Part shown: piece by piece, positions 58,752 to 64,000 of the stretch
Layout: the number at the start of each line of letters is the position of its first letter
Position numbering within the stretch: the first letter of the stretch is position 1
Origin: Zygnema circumcarinatum SAG 698-1b
Taxonomy: Eukaryota; Plantae; Zygnematophyceae
Length of the DNA stretch: 64,000 nt
Direction of reading: 5' to 3'
Assembly (NCBI GenBank): GCA_037447605.1
Contig: CM074816.1
Coordinates: forward strand, 62,001-126,000
Program-made: the position numbers and the translations under genes
The notes under the pieces: generated by a model
Told to the model about the DNA's origin: nothing
The model's database searches: none
What the model saw: only the letters and a program-made list of their open reading frames with translations

Positions 58752-59481
58752 CTACAGAAGGGAGGGTCTTCGCCAGCCTTCAAAGCATCGCCTTTTCCAC
58801 AAGCAATGAATTGAGCAGAATTTTTTTGCTGTTAGTTTTCGCTGTATCTATTTTTAAATGACCCCGCTCACGTGAAAGGTCATTAGGTCAGACTATACAG
58901 CACAAAGTTAAAGCAAGTAACTTTTCGCCACGTTGAAATGGACTGTCAGCTTTTCAACAGAAGTGCCGTTGTGCAGTTTCACATAAAATAGGTTTTTCCT
59001 CCTATTTTCCCTTCTATTCAAAACCGAATTGACACACCTATTCATCATTTTATGTATCTGCGTCTGCCAGCCGGCCGGTCCCTTCCCTTCTGTCCCTCCC
59101 TTCCCTTCCTTCACAAGACAACAAGCTGGACCAAGCTCGCTCTTTGGACGACGATGCTGCTGCCAGCATCCACGTCAAGCGGAGAAACGCAGTAAGTATC
59201 GAAAGGAAAGATCTTGGTTGGCGGAGGCCGTAACGGGAGAGATTTGATAGTTTGCAAGTTAAGATTCAGAGCCATGCTTCACTCCAAGGCACTCGCATTC
59301 CTGATAGGAATGATTCTTTACTAGCTAGATACGCTCAATTTGCATGCCAAGACCTACCAGCACAAAGCATCCAACACTGACCATAAGCATGAATGTATGC
59401 GCGACACGCGTAGCGGCGCTCACCCAAAAACAAGAAATGGCATTAACATTGCGATCTGCAGTCTGGATGGCACATTATCAC

Positions 59482-59642
59482 TAGGGGGTGTCAGACTTAA
59501 AAAATCTCAGTACGCGTGTTCGTAAGTTTGACATCAGAACGAGTACTCCAGTATAATCGCGATCCTCCTGCGGCGGAGTACTTTCGTAACCTTTTTTTTC
59601 GTAACGCTTTTCGTAAGATTTTGTTAAGTCTGACACCCCCTA
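59482..59642. mobile_element. 161-bp MITE-like element, copy 2 (opposite orientation to copy 1)
   Basis: Same TIRs TAGGGGGTGTCAGACTTAA / TTAAGTCTGACACCCCCTA. The internal sequence is the reverse complement of 9091-9251. Confidence 0.85.
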
Positions 59643-59698
59643 CTGGCCCTAAAAAAATATTAACCAGTTTCAATAAGGAAAGCAATTTTGGGCAAAGA

Positions 59699-59770
59699 TG
59701 TCGGTGCTGGGATTCGAGCCCAGGTCTCCACGGCCACAACGTGGAATTCTAACCACTAAACTACACCGAC
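59699..59770 (-). tRNA. trnH-GUG: tRNA-His (GUG)
   Basis: Minus strand GTCGGTGTAGTTTAGTGGTTAGAATTCCACGTTGTGGCCGTGGAGACCTGGGCTCGAATCCCAGCACCGACA. Perfect 7-bp acceptor stem, anticodon GTG, A and B boxes, downstream T-run. Nearly identical to recalled plant nuclear tRNA-His. Confidence 0.95.
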
Positions 59771-60071
59771 TTGTTGGGGGGTTTATTTTACTTTTTTATT
59801 TACTATTTTTTTAGTACAAAACTCAATACTGAAAACTCAAAATGAGGTCATCGAGTTTCCGGCCGTATCTTTACGACGTCATAAACCGTCACCTCGGTTT
59901 AGTCAGCGAAGGTCGCGATCACTCTCCCTCTCCCTCTATATATCTCGCTCCCGCCCTACCGCCTTCCCTCTACTCCCACCCCCCCTTTCGCCCTCCCTCT
60001 CTCTCCCTCCCTCCCTCCCTCTCTTCTGGCTCAGCAGTCTGCCCTGCCCGCCATAGCTGCGCGCCGGCGGC

Positions 60072-63000
60072 ATGCAGCGGCGCAATGCGGGCGCCATCTC
60101 CCGCACGCGCGTGCTCTGGGTGGGCCGCCTCCTCCTCGCGCTCGTCTCGCTGCAGGCGCTGCACATGTTCCACCTGCGCCACTCGGGCACCTCCCAGGAC
60201 CTGCCACGTGGCACCGACCCCGTCTCTAAGGAGAGAGGGGGGGACGGTGAGGGGAGCTATGACCGGAGCCGTTTGCAGGAGACACACGCCGCCCATGGAG
60301 ACGGCCGTTTAACGGACCCAGGGACTGAGGGCGGAGGGGTGCATGTAACGGGAGGGGGAGGGGGAGGGAGGGAAGTTAGGGTTGTGGGTGGCAGGGAGCG
60401 GCTGAGAGGTGGGGCACTTCAGGCCGGTGATGGTAATGCTGAAGGGGGTGACACGGAGGCTTTAAGGGAAGGAATTCAAATGAGATCGCCCATGCGGCGA
60501 ACTGCTCAGGCTGATCGTGATGGAGAGAGCATGGAGGGGGCTCAGAGAGACATGGACAGAATTAAGGTTTCAGGCGACAGCAGAAGTTTTGGGCTTCCAG
60601 GAATCGATAACAGCGGCATTTGGAGCGTTCCGTTGACAGAACCGCCAGCAGGAACGACATGCGAAGCGTGGTTGGAGGACACGGATTCTGTTCAGTACAG
60701 CAGAGATTTTTACAGGGAACCCATAGTTATAATTGCGGGTGAACGGAAGAGATGGGAGTGCAATGTCAGCTGCCATTTTGAATACGAGGCTAAAGCAGGA
60801 AGGCTTTTGGATGGGCATCTGGGGGGAATGGGGTCGGGGCAGAACGGCATTCTTAGGTCTATGGAACCGCGGTCGTATTATTCTATCAATGATGTGAACG
60901 CGGCGAAGAGAGGGGGATACAAGGTGAGTGGGAGAGGGAGTGGAAGGTGTGTGGGAGGGGGTGGAAGGTGAGTGGGAAATGGGTAGGAGGTGAGTGGGAG
61001 AGGGAGTGAAAGGTGAGTGGGAGAGGGGGTGGAAGGGGAGTGGGAGAGGAGGGGTTGAAAGGTGAATTGGAGCGGGGAGGAGAGGAGGACGGGAGGGATA
61101 AGGAGGATTTGAGCTTATTGAGTCATTAACTAGAACAAATCATATCGTCTGCTTGAGAGGTAAAATCCGAAAACTTTCAAGTATCTTATCAGTGAGACAG
61201 ATATCCTTGTAACAATAGTACCCTAACTAGACCCTTTTTTATTCATCGGGAGATTGTTTTGCTGACATCCACAAAAAAATTTTACCAGGTGGTGATGACA
61301 GTTCACTTGGATTCGGATGTTCCGGTCGGATACTTTTCATGGGAAGAGTACGACATTATGAAACCCATCACTATTAAGAAGGCCTGGCCGGCACTAGCGG
61401 TCGCCTTCATAAGCAACTGCAATGCCAATAATTTCAGAATTGAGGTACTTTTCTCTATTCATCAACACAGAAGAAGACAGGTTTTTAGGAGAGCCTTATT
61501 TTCAGAAATTTATACCCTCTCCAAGTGCTTAATCTTGAGGGTTGAGTAATGGACAAAGTGTTTGGAAAGGTCTTTTCCTTTACATCAAGAATAGCTTCTC
61601 TCTACTGCGGGAGTGAACGTTGAGTTTCAGCTGTGAATTGCTGGTTCCTCTCCCTTCGTTTTCCTCTTTCCTACTCATCTCTCAGATTCCTTTCATAGAG
61701 ATTCGCATCTTATAGTAGTATATAGCAGCCCTTTGATTCTGCTGTTGTGATGACTCCTCATTTTTAGGGGGGGCTACATTGCAGGCTGTAGAGAAGCTTC
61801 AACATACCGTTGCAGTGGACTCCTATGGCCGCTGTGCTACTAATCGACCGCATCAATCAGATAAGGTATGTTTTGATCTCATACTGGATTCCCTTCAAGA
61901 CTTACACCACTCGTTTTTTTTTTTTAAACAACGTCAGTTTATAGAGCTAAAAGACGTGGCTCTAATTGCCATCCATGGTTGCAGTTGAGCAGGAAGTGGA
62001 GAGAGAAGACGGAGAGGGAGTAATAGTTGAGAGAGAGATAGGAGGAATAGAGACGCTGATGAGAGTAGGAGGGATCGGCAAGCGATGGTCGTGCAGATGG
62101 AGACTATCTCCAATTACAAGTTCTGTCTCGCGTTTGAGAACTCGTGCGAAGATGATTATGTGACTGAAAAGTTTTGGCAAAGTTTAGTCGCCGGCTGTGT
62201 ACCTATCGTCGTGGGAGCACCCAACATTAAGGACTTCGCGCCTGCGGAAGGCTCATATGTTCACATCAAGGTAAGCCGAATTATAGGGCTCTCTCTCACG
62301 ATTTGAGGGGATTCCATAGAACATAAAAGGTTCGGTTAATTGGGACATATGCAAGAGTAGTGTTCAGAGAGGAAACTTAGCTTCACTTCCGGCTTATAAA
62401 CAATCAAAACTTTCAAAAAAGCAAGTTGAGATGATTGTAGTATGAGGGAAGTTCTCCACTTTCCGTGGATTGTGTTCGGACTGCCCTTAGGGCTGTAATT
62501 TGTGCCCAAATTCCTAAAGCCATAGCACCTTGAAAGCAATAACCCCATTTACTAAAACTATCCGTTGCCTGAAATCAGAGTGCGAACGAGATAGAAGGGG
62601 CCGCCCAGAAAATACAGGAGATAAGCAACACTCCGGGAGCGTGGGAACAAATGGTGGAATGGAAAACAAAGGGACCTTCGACCCAATTCAAAGCTCTCCT
62701 TGACATGTCAGCAGTTCATTCCTCCTGCCGGCTGTGCATATATTTGGCGGACGAAAAACATGTGAAGGATGAGCAGATGGTGAAGCAGCGCAGGCCATGC
62801 AGGTCACACCTCTTCCTCTTTCTCTCTCTCGCCACTCTCTCCCTCCCAATGTCCCACCCCTTTCTCCCTTCTTTTCTTCCCCGGCTCTCTATCGCCCCCC
62901 CCTCCCCCCCTCTCTGTATCTTACTCTCCCTCTCTCCTCTCCCCCTCCCTCTTCCTTCCTCTCACTCACCCACTTTCTCCCCCCTCCCTCATTTTCCCTT

Positions 63001-63573
63001 TCTCTTCCCGACTCTCCTCGTCCGTCTCTCTGCCCCCTCCCCCCGTCCCCCCCCCCCCCCCCCCCCCCTTCCCCCTTCTCTCTCACTCCCTTCCCCACAC
63101 CTCTCCTCCTTCCTTTATCCCTCCCTTTGGGCTCAGCGCCAAATGCGGTGATCAATTACCAACACCTCAATCTCCTCCTTGCTCTCTTTTTCGTCCCTCT
63201 TTACTTCAGGTGCAAGGAAAGAACGCCGGAGGGGCAATCCCAAGTGGTATACCACATCTATGTGAGAGAGAGAGGGCGCTTCTACTTCTCCTCCCTCTAC
63301 CTCAGAGAGAGTACACAGCTCACCCTAGAGGCCCTCAAGGAGGCCATCAGAGCCACGTTTAGGGCCACAGGGCACGAGCCCATTTGGAGGAGTAAGCGCC
63401 CTCCTGTTCTTGTAGGGGAGAGCGATCTTGAGCTTAACATATACAAAATTTATCCGGCGGGGTCGACTCAAAGGGCTGCTTTGTATGGAAATGCTGCCTT
63501 CAATAGCGACGACGACTTGAGAACCTATCTCGGAAGCCATCCTTGTGCAAAATTAGAAGTTATTTTTGTGTAA
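60072..63573 (+). CDS. FUT11: Glycoprotein core alpha-1,3-fucosyltransferase (GT10, FucTA/FUT11-like)
   Basis: Exons 60072-60923, 61289-61444, 61785-61865, 62097-62270, 62579-62802, 63210-63573 with consistent phases. Type-II TM anchor; [85 protein letters not shown]. Confidence 0.95.
60924..61068 (+). repeat. ~22-bp purine-rich tandem repeat reiterating the 5' splice donor of FucT intron 1
   Basis: AG|GTG(A/T)GT or AG|GTGAAT at 60924, 60947, 60968, 60990, 61013 and 61062. Confidence 0.8.
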
Positions 63574-64000
63574 TATACGGAACTCTCGTTCTTTTAAACT
63601 AACCAAATTTTGTTGTTTAATAATTTTGAACCTGTTTAATTCTTTTCAACCGGCTCGGACTCTGATTGGGGGATGTTTTTCGAACATTTTTTCTTTGAGG
63701 GTGAATGTGTACCATCAACAGCTTACATTCGCGAAAAGTCAGTATTTACAGAATTGACCCGACACTTTACAACTTATTGCATGGGATAACCGAGTACTGA
63801 GTAAACCACCGCAAGCGCCCTGAACCCTTACGCAAGCATTGCCAAAGGAGAAATCCTCCTGCTCCGCTTTCAGTTCCTCTCTCTCAGCTCATGTCTCCGC
63901 TCTCCTTCCTATCTCCTTTCTCTCATCGCTTCTCTGTCAGCTCCTCTCTTAGCTCCTCCCTCTCTCAACTCCACTCCCTCTCGCTCAACTCCTCTCTCTC

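Overview
Eukaryotic, intron-rich genomic DNA, most likely a streptophyte (green-algal or early-diverging plant lineage). This is inferred from the gene set (cytosolic HMG-CoA synthase, HUA2/HULK, PLR1, EG16, plant core alpha1,3-fucosyltransferase), a plant-type tRNA-His, CCCTAAA telo-boxes and GA/CT-rich introns. Genes in order: 3' part of an S53 sedolisin-like peptidase (+); HMGS (-); a secreted T4/GH24-type lysozyme-like gene (+); an LTA4H-type M1 aminopeptidase (+), preceded by a probably artefactual 2-kb direct duplicate at an N gap; two head-to-head EG16 (GH16) genes; an orphan two-exon gene inside a repeat-rich insertion; an inverted second LTA4H copy (-); PLR1 (+); an unknown coiled-coil gene (-); an EF1Bgamma-like GST-fold gene (-); HUA2/HULK (+); tRNA-His (-); and core alpha1,3-fucosyltransferase (+). 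The main structural feature is a ~21-kb inverted duplication (about 13.45-35.1 kb) centred on a ~120-bp spacer near 23.4 kb. The most interesting candidates are the lysozyme with altered catalytic residues, the actinobacterial-looking S53 protease, and the palindrome with its insertion. All alignments were done by eye against recalled family motifs; no database searches were run.
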